Source: an uncultured bacterium (GTDB taxonomy: Bacteria; Acidobacteriota; Thermoanaerobaculia; Multivoradales; JAHZIX01). Taken from it: DNA of 64,000 bases. Under the pieces are notes generated by a model, which saw nothing but the letters and a program-made list of their open reading frames with translations, was not told where the DNA came from and did not search any database. Every line of letters starts with the position of its first letter. The stretch's first letter is position 1. Location of the stretch: assembly GCA_965368975.1 (NCBI GenBank), contig CBDUPA010000007.1, positions 217,536-281,535 of the forward strand, in the 5' to 3' direction. Both the position numbers and the translations under genes were made by a program. Shown here piece by piece: positions 1 through 10,056 of this stretch.

Positions 1-780
1 CATGGTGGCCGCGATCCCGGGGCCTCGAAGGACGGCGTGTGGGAAAGCCTCTACGTCTACGACATCCTGCTGCGCCTGCGCCAGTTCCTCCAAGAGCGCA
101 CCTCCGCCGAGGTCCACACCACCGTCCGCGACGGTGACAGCTATCGCATCATCGATCGCGACGTCCTGCCGTACACCCAGGGCCACAAGGTGCTCACCGA
201 TCCGCCCTATGACCTTGGTGACGGTGACCCGCGGGTCGGCGTGAACCTGCGCTGGTACCTGTCGAACAGCCTGTACCGGCGGGCCCAGAGCCAGGGGCGC
301 AACCACGAACAGGTCTTGTTCCTGTCGATTCACGCGGATTCGCTGCACCCGAGCATCCGCGGCGCCATGGTCTACATTCCCGACGCCCACCTGCGCCGCG
401 GCAGCTACCAGAAGAGTGGCCGTGTCTACACCTCACGGCGTGAAGTGCGCGAGCAACCGCGGGTCAGCTTCTCGAACCAGGAGCGCACGCGCAGCCAGGG
501 GCTGTCTCGCCAGCTCGCCGAGGAACTGATGGACGCCTTCCGCGACCGCGACCTCGGTATCCACCCGGACCAGCCGATCCGTCAGAAGATCTACCGTGGC
601 CGGCGTCCCTGGGTGCCGGCGGTGCTGCGCTACAACGCGGTGCCGGCGTCGGTGCTGGTGGAAGTGTGCAACCTGGCCAACAGCGAGGACCGCAAGCTCC
701 TGCAGAGTCGCGAGTTTCGCCAACACGCCGCAGAGGCGATCGCGGCCGGTATTCTGGCCTACTACGAGAACTCGCGCTAG
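1..780 (+). CDS. N-acetylmuramoyl-L-alanine amidase (Amidase_3), 5'-partial
   Basis: Frame open from base 1: HGGRDPGA...WES, then FLSIHADS and VLVEVCNL, the Zn-ligand motifs of Amidase_3. Confidence 0.9.
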   Translation, partial: HGGRDPGASKDGVWESLYVYDILLRLRQFLQERTSAEVHTTVRDGDSYRIIDRDVLPYTQGHKVLTDPPYDLGDGDPRVGVNLRWYLSNSLYRRAQSQGRNHEQVLFLSIHADSLHPSIRGAMVYIPDAHLRRGSYQKSGRVYTSRREVREQPRVSFSNQERTRSQGLSRQLAEELMDAFRDRDLGIHPDQPIRQKIYRGRRPWVPAVLRYNAVPASVLVEVCNLANSEDRKLLQSREFRQHAAEAIAAGILAYYENSR

Positions 781-937
781 CTGGTACTTCTGCGCGACCG
801 CCACGGTGAGTCCGGCAACGAAACGAGGCGTGCCGAAGCACGCCTCGCAGATCTTCCGGCGGACTGATTGGCCCCAGCTCCTTGGAGGAGCCGGTTGTTG
901 AGCCACGGATACTCTCTAGGCTTCTAGCAGGTCCTGA

Positions 938-1897
938 TCAGTTGCAGGACGGGTGCTGGAACAGCGGATCGACCCACTGGATCTGATCCAGCGGCTGCGG
1001 TAGCAGGAAGTCGGTCTTGGTGCGGACGCCACCGGCGTTGTCGATCGCGACGTGGATCGGCGTGCCGTCGGTGTAGGACGTGGTCGCGGCGTCGATGAAC
1101 GCCTGGGGAGTTCCGGCCGGGAACTCGATCCACGCCTGCAGCCTGTCGAGGCCGATGATCATGTTGCCATTGCCGTTGAACTGGATGTCGACGACTGTCT
1201 GGTAGTGGTACTCCCAGCCTGTCGCCGGGTCGATGAAGATTGGGATGGTGGCATAGGCGGCGGCGCAGCCGTTGCTCGTCGCATTGACCGTGGCGACGCG
1301 GCTGGCGCGGGTGACACGCTTACCGTCGGTTTGGTCGGTGCCGTCGGTCGAGGGCTTGCCGTCTCCGTCCTCGCCCCGGCGCGCTTCGACTTCGCGCTCG
1401 GCGGCTTCCACGTCCTCGTCCGTGGTTGGTTCGCAGTAGTAGCCCCAGTAGGACCCGAACTTGCGCTCGTAAGTCCCGCCCGGGCACTCGTACTCGGTGT
1501 TCCAATCGTCTTCACTGAGAACCTCGCCTTCGAGGCCGTCCATGACGAAGGTCTCGACGCCGTTCTCGGTGTAGCAGGTCATGGTGCACGCCTGATGGTA
1601 GCGCCAGCCGGGGTAGGCACCCGGCGGCCACTTGACGAAGACCGTGTCGAGGTAGCAGCCTTCCGGCAGCTTGCCACTGTCCTGGATCGCCTTGCAGATC
1701 AGGATCGAGCGGGCCCAGCAGCCGTCCGAGGTGTCGCCGTTGTAGCCGAACGGGTCGCCGGGGGCGTTGACGATGTCGTCGTAGATGCCCTGGGCTGTGT
1801 CACACATGGCGGTGCCGGTGCTGGTGGCGAAGACGGCAGGGGTGAGTCCGAGCGCAAAGATTGCGCACAGGATACCGATAGTGATTCTGAATCGCAT
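938..1897 (-). CDS. Secreted protein with protein-glutamine glutaminase-like (Cys-His-Asp) domain
   Basis: Signal peptide; DGCWARS...WRYHQA...FVMD resembles the DGCxARAH/WxYHVA/VxD pattern of protein glutaminases. Confidence 0.6.
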   Translation of the reverse strand: MRFRITIGILCAIFALGLTPAVFATSTGTAMCDTAQGIYDDIVNAPGDPFGYNGDTSDGCWARSILICKAIQDSGKLPEGCYLDTVFVKWPPGAYPGWRYHQACTMTCYTENGVETFVMDGLEGEVLSEDDWNTEYECPGGTYERKFGSYWGYYCEPTTDEDVEAAEREVEARRGEDGDGKPSTDGTDQTDGKRVTRASRVATVNATSNGCAAAYATIPIFIDPATGWEYHYQTVVDIQFNGNGNMIIGLDRLQAWIEFPAGTPQAFIDAATTSYTDGTPIHVAIDNAGGVRTKTDFLLPQPLDQIQWVDPLFQHPSCN

Positions 1898-2013
1898 TGT
1901 TACTCCTTCAACTCCAATGGTAGATGCGGCTCTGGCACTTCATGGCCGCTAGAAGATCGAAGGAACGATAGCATGCGAATGCGTAGGACCCCAATCGAAC
2001 TTATTTCTCGGGC

Positions 2014-5000
2014 TCAATGCAGGCTGTGGACGCCATGGTCGGCGGTACCGGCGTACAGACGGCCGGTGCCGTCGGTCACCAGCTGGGTGATACCGCGCGA
2101 CAAGGCGCCGTGGGCACCGGCCGGTAGCGGCTGCCAGGAGTCGCCGCCGTCCGTACTTTGGTAGATTCCGGTGTCCATTCCTGCGTAGATGGTGCCGTCA
2201 TTCGCCACGGTGATCGAGCGCACGGGGCCCGGGGGCAGGCCCTGGTTGCCGGTAGCGGTCGCGACGCCCGTGGAGCCGGCACGGAGCACGCCGTCCTCCA
2301 GAGTGGCGGCATAGAGGGTGCCGGGTTGGCTCGGGTCGAAGGCGAAGTCGAAGGTGGTGGGTCCCCGGAACTCTGTGCCGGCGATGGGTTCCCACTTGCC
2401 CGGGGCCGAGCGGAACAGGCCGGGACCGGCGGCGTAGAGGCGCGTGGGGTCCGAGGGATCGACAGCGACTCGGTAGAACGCCGGCGGTTGGTGGCTGGCG
2501 GAGACGGACGTCCAGGTGGTGCCGCCGTCCGTGCTCTTGAACAGGCTAGAGCTCGGGAAGTCGTAATCGAAGATGTCCTGGCCCGCGACGTAGACGCTCA
2601 TCGGATCGGTGGCATCGACGGCGAGGCTGAGCGGGAGGAAGGCTTGGAAGTTGGTGGGCTCGAGCCACGTCGCACCGCCGTTGTCGCTACGCCAGATGTT
2701 GAGCGGACCGCCGGCGTAGAGCACTTGTGGATCCGAGGGGGCCGCAGCCAGGCTGAGTGTGTTGCCCGCCGATGGCTCGTTGAGTCGCTGCCAGTTGTTG
2801 CCACCGTCGAGGCTGCGCCAGCCGCGACCGCCCGCGACCAGGAGCAGGTGACCTGCGACGGACGGGTGAGGAGTCAGTTCTTCGACCGGCCAGGCCTGCA
2901 GGCCGGCGTCCATCGGCGTCCACAGTACGCCACCGCCGCGCGTGCGCAGTACACCGGTATTGGTGGCCAGGTAGGCGCGGGGGCCGCTGCCTTCCGCGGT
3001 CAGGCCCGGGGCGTAGCGCACGGCGTGCAACTCTCTGGCGTCGAGGTCTGGATCGTCGACGCGCGTGTAGCTGACTCCGTCGTTCTCGCTGCGCAGCAAC
3101 TGATCCGCGGCGGCTGCCAGGCGCACGTGGGGCTCCAGCGGGTGCACCGCCAGGGCGCGCAATCGCTGCGCTGGCAGGCCCTGTCCCCGCGGGTACCAGC
3201 GCTGACCATCGAAGCTCTCGAGCAGAGGCTTCAGGTAGCCGGTCGCCGCGATGCGCTCGGCGTCCACAGGATCGGTGAACAGACGGGGACCGAGAGGGTC
3301 AGACCTCAGCTGCTGCCAGGAGTTGCCACCGTCGTCGCTACGCCACAGGCCGAACTGACGATCCGCCACAGGTTGATCGAGAGCGCAGGGGCGAGCCAGG
3401 ACGGTGCTGCCATCCGTGGGCAGCGACAGCTGGCAGAAGGGGGGTTCACCCTCGTAGACCTGGGTCCAGGTGTCACCGGCGTCGAGACTGCGGTAGACGT
3501 TGCCCGCCGCCAGGTAGAGGGTGCCACCGAGGTGGGGATGCACGGCCAGCCGCTGGGGTAGGGGGAACCGGTCGGAGACGTCGACTTCTGTGCCCGCCGG
3601 GGGATCGCCGAGGCCGCTGGTCAGGAGCCGCCAGGCGAGCCCGGCGTCGTCACTGCGCCAGAGTCCGTCCTGACCGCCGTCGACGTAGATCCGGTCCGCG
3701 TCGTCGGCGTCGCAGTTCAGCTCCAGGATCTGTCCCGTTGGCAGGACGCCGCCCAGCTGCCAGCTCTGGGCACTGTCGCGGCTGACGAAGACGTGGTGCT
3801 GGGCCGCAGCGTAGACCGTCTCGTTGTGACTCGGACACACCGCCAGGTTGGCGATCGGGCCGCCTTGCGGACCCAGCGGTGTCCAGTCCGTGGTGCGGGG
3901 GACGAGCTGTGCTGCCGGGCTGGAGGCGGGCGTCGTCACTGAAGTGGTCTGGCTCCGCGTCGTCGTCGTGGGTGTCCGAGCTGCCGTCGCGAAGGGAGGA
4001 GACGGGCAACCGCGACAGGTGCGCGGCGGGGAAGTGGCTTCGAGAGGCCAGCGATAGAGCTGCTGTGGGGTCAGCACGTACAGGTCGTTGCCGAAGCGGG
4101 GTTCGAGCTTCAGGTCGCGCACCTCGACGCCCGTAGGCAGGCCGGTTTGCAGTGGTTGGAAACTGGTCCCACCGTCGATCGAGCGCAGGATCTCGTCAGC
4201 CATGGTGCGGACGAAGAGGACGCGATCATCGCGCGGATCACCTTCGACCAGGTCGAGGGACAGGCCTACTGCGCCCGCGGGGGTTTCAAAGGTCGCTCCG
4301 CCGTCGCTGCTCTTCAGGAGCTTGCTGTTCGCCACCACGTAGAGGGTCTGGTCGTCCGGCCCCCCGAAGGCAAGGTCTGCAACGTTGTAACGAAGGCCGT
4401 TGAAGTCGAAGGGCAGTAGGGTCTGCCAGTTCTCGCCGCCATTGCTGCTGCGGTAGAGGCCACCGCCGCCGATGTAGAGCCGATTCGGGTTGTGGGGAGC
4501 GAAGCTCAGGAACAGGTACTGGAGAGTGCCGATTGGGGACCACCGCTTCCATGTTTCGCCGCCGTCCAGGCTACGATAGCCAGAAAGAAACCTGTCGACG
4601 TCCTCCGTGGTGTAGCCGACGACGTAGGCGACGGACGGATCTCGCGGGTTGAAATGGGCCTCGAGGAAGGTGTTGATGCCGTAGATGCGGAACTGGTTCC
4701 AGGTGCGACCCTGGTTCTCGGTCTTGAGCAGGCGATCATTCAGGATCCAGAGGAAGCGAGCCGGGTCGAGCGGATCGATCGCGAGGGTCTGGGAGAAACT
4801 CGGAAGGTCGAACGACGGGTCCTGGTCCGGCGGCACCTTCATCCGCTGCCAGGTGCGGCCGCCGTCGTCGAGTTGCAAGAGGGCTTTGCCGAGGACGAAG
4901 AAGCGGCCGTGATCGCCGTGCGGATGGAAGTACAGTCTGCGCGCAGAGACGTCGAGCTGTTCGAGATCTGGTCCCACGGGTTCCCAGCTCTGCGCCATGA

Positions 5001-5094
5001 GCGGGACCGATCCGACGCTCAGGCAGAGTCCGAGCATCAGCAAGCCGGTGAGTCGACGCAGACTGCGTTCTGACCTGTCTGGTCTGTTGTGCAT
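2014..5094 (-). CDS. Secreted BNR/Asp-box (VPS10/YCF48-like) beta-propeller protein
   Basis: Signal peptide; many S-x-D-G-G-x-T/S-W Asp boxes; Thr-rich linker between propeller blocks. Confidence 0.85.
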   Translation of the reverse strand: MHNRPDRSERSLRRLTGLLMLGLCLSVGSVPLMAQSWEPVGPDLEQLDVSARRLYFHPHGDHGRFFVLGKALLQLDDGGRTWQRMKVPPDQDPSFDLPSFSQTLAIDPLDPARFLWILNDRLLKTENQGRTWNQFRIYGINTFLEAHFNPRDPSVAYVVGYTTEDVDRFLSGYRSLDGGETWKRWSPIGTLQYLFLSFAPHNPNRLYIGGGGLYRSSNGGENWQTLLPFDFNGLRYNVADLAFGGPDDQTLYVVANSKLLKSSDGGATFETPAGAVGLSLDLVEGDPRDDRVLFVRTMADEILRSIDGGTSFQPLQTGLPTGVEVRDLKLEPRFGNDLYVLTPQQLYRWPLEATSPPRTCRGCPSPPFATAARTPTTTTRSQTTSVTTPASSPAAQLVPRTTDWTPLGPQGGPIANLAVCPSHNETVYAAAQHHVFVSRDSAQSWQLGGVLPTGQILELNCDADDADRIYVDGGQDGLWRSDDAGLAWRLLTSGLGDPPAGTEVDVSDRFPLPQRLAVHPHLGGTLYLAAGNVYRSLDAGDTWTQVYEGEPPFCQLSLPTDGSTVLARPCALDQPVADRQFGLWRSDDGGNSWQQLRSDPLGPRLFTDPVDAERIAATGYLKPLLESFDGQRWYPRGQGLPAQRLRALAVHPLEPHVRLAAAADQLLRSENDGVSYTRVDDPDLDARELHAVRYAPGLTAEGSGPRAYLATNTGVLRTRGGGVLWTPMDAGLQAWPVEELTPHPSVAGHLLLVAGGRGWRSLDGGNNWQRLNEPSAGNTLSLAAAPSDPQVLYAGGPLNIWRSDNGGATWLEPTNFQAFLPLSLAVDATDPMSVYVAGQDIFDYDFPSSSLFKSTDGGTTWTSVSASHQPPAFYRVAVDPSDPTRLYAAGPGLFRSAPGKWEPIAGTEFRGPTTFDFAFDPSQPGTLYAATLEDGVLRAGSTGVATATGNQGLPPGPVRSITVANDGTIYAGMDTGIYQSTDGGDSWQPLPAGAHGALSRGITQLVTDGTGRLYAGTADHGVHSLH

Positions 5095-5370
5095 GGGGGC
5101 TCCTCTCTCGGGGAGTGTTCACTCTTGGTATAGCACGCCGTTCTCAGGGGTACTGATGAAGATCAGCCCTGCGCTTGTGGAATGTTGCGAGAAGAACCTC
5201 GCGAGGTTCGGGCATGCGGGGGTTCCTCTTCGTAGGATAGGGAGGGCGTCGGCTCTCTTATGCTTTTTTAGCATTAGATGATCCGATCCACAAGCCTCAA
5301 AGAGGCTCCGGTCACTCGCACTGACGGTCTACGAGGCACTACAGCCGAGCTACTGTCGGAAGGGCTATCG

Positions 5371-7128
5371 TTACGGGATGACCAGCACCTGACGCGGATA
5401 GATCGTGTTCGATGTCAGGTTGTTGGCGCGTTTGAGGGCACCGATACTGATGCCGTAGCGGCGGGCGATCTTGCTCAGGTTGTCACCGCGACGCACCGTG
5501 TGGCGCTGCGCCTCGGTGCTGCTGGCGACCGTGGTGCTGGCAGCGCTGGAGGCACGCCAGTTGGCGCCTGGCGGAATCAGCAGTACCTGGCCGATCGAGA
5601 TGCGGTGCACGCTGCGCAGGCGATTGGCGCGCTGCAGGGCGGCGGTCGTGGTGCCGAAGCGCCGCGCGATCTTGCCCAGGGTATCGCCGCTGCGGACCTT
5701 GTAGCGGAAGCCCAGTTGACGGTGCATCTTGCGTTCGTCCGGCAGGGCCGCGTAGGCGGCATGGAAGGTGTCGCCGGTGCCTGGCGGTACACGCAGCGAA
5801 TAGTCCTTGGGCAGCAATAGGTTGCCGGACCACACTTCCCGGTTGAGGCCCGGGTTGAGCAGCTTCAGGGTCGACACGGAGATGCCGGCTTGGTTCGCCA
5901 GATCCTGTACCGCGATGTAGTGCTGGGTACGGAAGTCGTCGAACGTCATCAGTGGATCGGGCTGGACGTCCGGGAAGTAGTGGTGGCGGTTCAGGTAGAC
6001 CAGTGCCGCGGCCATGAATTCGGCATAGAAGTTGCGCGACGCGAAGCCAAAGCTGCGCGAGCGGTAGCGCTCGACGATGACGCCGAGATCGTCGGTGCCG
6101 AGGCTGCGCTTGGCGCGCGCCATGCCGTAGCGACCGTGGTTGTAGGCGGTGATCGCCAGGGGCCAGCTTCCCAGGTGCTGGTAGTTTTCGGCCAGGAGCC
6201 GTGCGGCCGCCTCGCTGGCGCGGATCGGGTCGTAGCGTTCGTCTTTCTCGAGATCGATGGCGAGGAAGCGGCGGCCCGTAGAGGGCATGAACTGCCACAT
6301 TCCGGCGGCAGCGACGGCGGAGCGAGCGGTTTCCTGGAACATCGACTCGACGAACGGTATGCGCGTCAGTTCGGTGGGCAAGCCTTGATCGCGGAAGGCG
6401 GCCTCGAACCAGGGCAGGTAGCGTCCGCTGCGTTGCAGTGCGCCTGCGAAGACGTCACTCAGTCCGCTCTGGCTGCGCAGGCGCAACGCCGCGTCGCGGT
6501 ACTTGCCGCGGTCGCCGGGCAAGTGCGCGAGCAAACGGCGCAGCTCTTGCGCTTGCGCCGTGTCAGTCGGCGTCTTGCCGGCGGCCAGTTCGCGCAACGT
6601 GAGGCTCAGTTCTTGCTTGGCGTCGCGGATGGTCTGCTGTCGGCGTGTGCGCCGGGCGCGGTCGTTGAGGTTCTCCAGGCTGCTGAAGTCGAGGACGGTA
6701 TAGATGACATCGAGATGGACCTCGTCGTGGACCACCACGTGCGCGCTGGAGTGCTGGCTGAAGATGTCGACCCAGAAGGCGACATGCGGCCGCAGGCTGA
6801 AGGGCACCGGGAACAGCTCCGGGTCCAGGACCTGCAGCTGGAGAGGGGGCGCCTGCCCCTCGGCCTCGGCCTCGGTAGTGCCGATGAGCGATGCGCGTCG
6901 TATCGGTGGCGCTGGGTCCACCGCGGGATCGTTGCCCAGTTCGGCGACCTCCCCCGTCGGTGCTGCCAGAGCGCCGGGTTCAAGGGCACTCGTTTCCAGG
7001 CTGCTGGGCAAGGTCGAGAGTTCCTGCAGCGTGCGTACGTCGACGCTGGCGCCGTGACATCGCGTGGCCAGCGGTCCCAGGAGGAGGGTGAGAGCGGCGG
7101 ACGATGCGAGGATCCAGCGAAAAGTCAC
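5371..7128 (-). CDS. MltD-like lytic transglycosylase with LysM domains
   Basis: IPFVES, AAGMWQFM, AITAYNHG SLT motifs; two C-terminal LysM repeats (YKVRSGDTL, HTVRRGDNL). Confidence 0.9.
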   Translation of the reverse strand: MTFRWILASSAALTLLLGPLATRCHGASVDVRTLQELSTLPSSLETSALEPGALAAPTGEVAELGNDPAVDPAPPIRRASLIGTTEAEAEGQAPPLQLQVLDPELFPVPFSLRPHVAFWVDIFSQHSSAHVVVHDEVHLDVIYTVLDFSSLENLNDRARRTRRQQTIRDAKQELSLTLRELAAGKTPTDTAQAQELRRLLAHLPGDRGKYRDAALRLRSQSGLSDVFAGALQRSGRYLPWFEAAFRDQGLPTELTRIPFVESMFQETARSAVAAAGMWQFMPSTGRRFLAIDLEKDERYDPIRASEAAARLLAENYQHLGSWPLAITAYNHGRYGMARAKRSLGTDDLGVIVERYRSRSFGFASRNFYAEFMAAALVYLNRHHYFPDVQPDPLMTFDDFRTQHYIAVQDLANQAGISVSTLKLLNPGLNREVWSGNLLLPKDYSLRVPPGTGDTFHAAYAALPDERKMHRQLGFRYKVRSGDTLGKIARRFGTTTAALQRANRLRSVHRISIGQVLLIPPGANWRASSAASTTVASSTEAQRHTVRRGDNLSKIARRYGISIGALKRANNLTSNTIYPRQVLVIP

Positions 7129-7271
7129 GGGCGTCTCTCCTTGCCGTGCGGTCAGTTTCAGGGAGCGTGATTATGTCATAAAAGCCTAGTTGAAGTGTGG
7201 CCTTCTCTCTATACGACCCGCGAGGGTGGCGAGTTATTCCGCGTTGGAGTTCTCGTCCCGTGCCGCCCGTC

Positions 7272-9143
7272 TCAAGCCATCCTCAGCCCGCCGCCCTTGC
7301 GGCCGCCGGCAGGAACCGGCTCCTTTTTCTTGGCTGGCGTAAAGTCCTCCCCGGGATTGACGTAGCGATTGCGCTCCAGGCGGAACTGCTTGTCGTGCAG
7401 CTGTTTGTAGCGTCCGTTGGCGTCGAGCAGTTCCTGGTGACTCCCACGTTCGACGATCTCGCCGTCGTCGAGCACCAGGATCTGGTCGGCGTTGTAGATG
7501 GTCGACAGCCGATGCGCGATGACGAAGGTCGTGCGTCCCTGGCGCAGGGTGTCGAGGCCATCCTGGATCTTCTCTTCGCTCTCGCTGTCGAGGCTGGAGG
7601 TGGCTTCGTCGAGGATCAGGATCTTCGGGTCGGCGAGGATCGCGCGCGCGATCGACAGCCGCTGCCGCTGGCCACCGGACAGCTTGACACCACGCTCGCC
7701 GATCACCGTCTCGTAGCCGTCCTCGAACTCGCTGACGAAGTCGTCGCAGTGGGCGATGCGCGCCGCTTCCAGCACCTGCTCGCGCGCCGCATTCGGGTTG
7801 CCGTAGGCGATGTTCTCGGCGATCGTTCCGTCGAACAGGAAGCTCTCCTGTAGCACCACGCCGAGGTGCGAGCGGAAGTCGGCCAGTCGTACCGAGCCAA
7901 GATCCAGGCCGTCGACCAAGATGCAGCCGCTCTTGGGCCGGTTGAACGCCATGACCAGGCTGATCACCGTGCTCTTGCCCGAGCCGCTGGGTCCCACCAG
8001 TGCGGTGGTCGAGCCGGCCGGCGCGTTGAAGCTGACACCGCGCAGTACCGGCTTGTCCTCGACGTACTCGAAGCCGACATCCTCGAAGGTGATGTCGCCC
8101 TGGACTCCGCGCAGTCGCGCGCGCTCGGCTTCTCCATCCATTTCGGTGGGCTCTTCGAGCACCTCCTGGATGCGGTCGAGGCCGGCGAAGGCTTGCGTGA
8201 TCTCGGTGCCAATGGCGCTGATCTGGACCATCGGTGTCACCAGCATCATGGTGAAGGCGCCGTACATGAAGAGGTCACCGACCGTCATCACGCCAGCCAT
8301 CACCTCACGCGCGCCGAACACCAGGATCAGCGTCGCGGTGATGCCAAACAGGATCGCCGACACCGCATTGACCCCCGACACCGCGACGATCGACTTGATG
8401 ATATTGCGCAGCAGCCGGTGCGCGCCCTTGGCGAAGACAATCTCCTCGCGCTTTTCAGCCTGGTAGGCCTTGACCACCCGGATGCCGCCTAGCGCTTCGG
8501 TCAAGCGTCCGGTGACCTGCGCGTTCAGCTCGTTGCGCTCGCGGAACAGCGGTCGTAGTTTCTTGAACGCCACGGTCATCATGCCGGCGAACAAACCGAG
8601 GGTGACGAGGGTCAGCGAGGTGAGCCGCCAGTTGATCCAGAACAGCACGGAGAGCGCCACCGCGGCGGTGAAGAAGCCGCCGATCAGCTGCACGAAACCG
8701 GTGCCGACCAGGTTGCGGATGCCTTCCGCGTCGCTCATGACGCGGGAGATCATCTCGCCGGTCTTGTGGTCGTCGAAGTAGCGTACCGGCAATTGTTCGA
8801 CGTGCCGCTGTACCCGCCGTCGCAAGTCAGTGACGGTGCGCTGCGCCGGAATGCTCAGCAGCATCGCCAGCCCGAAGCCGCTCAGTGCCTGGACCACCGA
8901 GGCGGCGGCGAACAAGCCGGCCATGGGCAGCAGCAACTCGGTCTGCTGCTGCCCGATCACGTTGTCGATCAGGAACTTCGTCGAGCCGGGCAAGACCATC
9001 GAGGCGCCGCGGCTGATGGCCAGCAGCAGCAAACCCAGGAGCATGCGGTAACGTCGGGCCCACAGCAGGTCGCGTGCCTGTTGCCAGACGAAGGACAGGG
9101 AGATCTTCTTTTTCTTCTTCTTGTCGTCAGAGTTCTCAGCCAT
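7272..9143 (-). CDS. ABC exporter, fused permease/ATPase (MsbA-like)
   Basis: TM domain plus GPSGSGKS, LSGGQRQR, ILDEATSSLD. Confidence 0.95.
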   Translation of the reverse strand: MAENSDDKKKKKKISLSFVWQQARDLLWARRYRMLLGLLLLAISRGASMVLPGSTKFLIDNVIGQQQTELLLPMAGLFAAASVVQALSGFGLAMLLSIPAQRTVTDLRRRVQRHVEQLPVRYFDDHKTGEMISRVMSDAEGIRNLVGTGFVQLIGGFFTAAVALSVLFWINWRLTSLTLVTLGLFAGMMTVAFKKLRPLFRERNELNAQVTGRLTEALGGIRVVKAYQAEKREEIVFAKGAHRLLRNIIKSIVAVSGVNAVSAILFGITATLILVFGAREVMAGVMTVGDLFMYGAFTMMLVTPMVQISAIGTEITQAFAGLDRIQEVLEEPTEMDGEAERARLRGVQGDITFEDVGFEYVEDKPVLRGVSFNAPAGSTTALVGPSGSGKSTVISLVMAFNRPKSGCILVDGLDLGSVRLADFRSHLGVVLQESFLFDGTIAENIAYGNPNAAREQVLEAARIAHCDDFVSEFEDGYETVIGERGVKLSGGQRQRLSIARAILADPKILILDEATSSLDSESEEKIQDGLDTLRQGRTTFVIAHRLSTIYNADQILVLDDGEIVERGSHQELLDANGRYKQLHDKQFRLERNRYVNPGEDFTPAKKKEPVPAGGRKGGGLRMA

Positions 9144-9158
9144 GACGCGGAGCATCCC

Positions 9159-10025
9159 ATGCCAAAGCGAATCTGTCCATGTCCTCCACGAACGATCCTC
9201 GGTGGCCTGCTACCGTTGGCGCTGCTGGCCTGCCTGGCTTTGCAAGCATGCGGCAACTCAGCTCCCCGGCCCACCGCGCCGCCGGTTTCCGACTCCGGCG
9301 AGCGCGCCCGGACTCCCGACCTGGCTGCCGCTTGGCTCGAAGCCGCCATTTTCGAAGCCACCAACGCGCAACGCCAGCGCCACGACCGAGACCGCCTGCA
9401 GTCGGAGGACCGCCTGGCCGACATCGCTCGCGGTCACAGCGAAGCCATGCTCCGGCGCGGCTTCTTCGACCACGTCGACCCGGATGGCCTGCATCCCGCC
9501 GACCGGGTCGCGCACCACCACCGGACGCTGGTGGGGACCAGCGGCGAGAATCTGTGGACCGGCACCGGCTTCGAGATCCGCAGCCGTCAAGACGCCGAAG
9601 AGATGGCCGAGCGTATCGTCGACGGCTGGATGAACAGCCGCGGCCACCGCGAGAACATCCTGCGCCCCGAGTTCGACTACCTGGGTGTCGGCGTGGTGGT
9701 AGAGGACCGCGAGCTACGTGCGACGCAAGTGTTTGCGCACGTCGTGGCACGGCTCGACGCACCCCTGCCGGAACACCTGCGCGTCGGCGCCACGCTGCGC
9801 ATCCGAGCGACGGCGGCCAGGGGTGTCGAGGAGCCGGAGCTGTGGGATCTGGCACCGGCTGGCGGTGGTGAGCCGCTCGGGCCGTGGGGTCTGGGGGAGA
9901 GAGTCGAGCTCGACGAGCTGGCGGACGGCGAGCGGTACCAGCTGCGGCTCTACCTGCTCGAAGGCGTCGAGCGGCAGCGGCGCAAGTACGAAGTGTTCTC
10001 TGGGCCCGAGGTGGTGGTGCGGTAG
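9159..10025 (+). CDS. CAP/SCP domain lipoprotein
   Basis: Lipobox LQAC; ARGHSEAM...FFDH, GENL, WMNSRGHRENIL. Confidence 0.85.
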   Translation: MPKRICPCPPRTILGGLLPLALLACLALQACGNSAPRPTAPPVSDSGERARTPDLAAAWLEAAIFEATNAQRQRHDRDRLQSEDRLADIARGHSEAMLRRGFFDHVDPDGLHPADRVAHHHRTLVGTSGENLWTGTGFEIRSRQDAEEMAERIVDGWMNSRGHRENILRPEFDYLGVGVVVEDRELRATQVFAHVVARLDAPLPEHLRVGATLRIRATAARGVEEPELWDLAPAGGGEPLGPWGLGERVELDELADGERYQLRLYLLEGVERQRRKYEVFSGPEVVVR

Positions 10026-10056
10026 GCGGCGCGGCGACGCCGCCTGGGGCGCAAGA

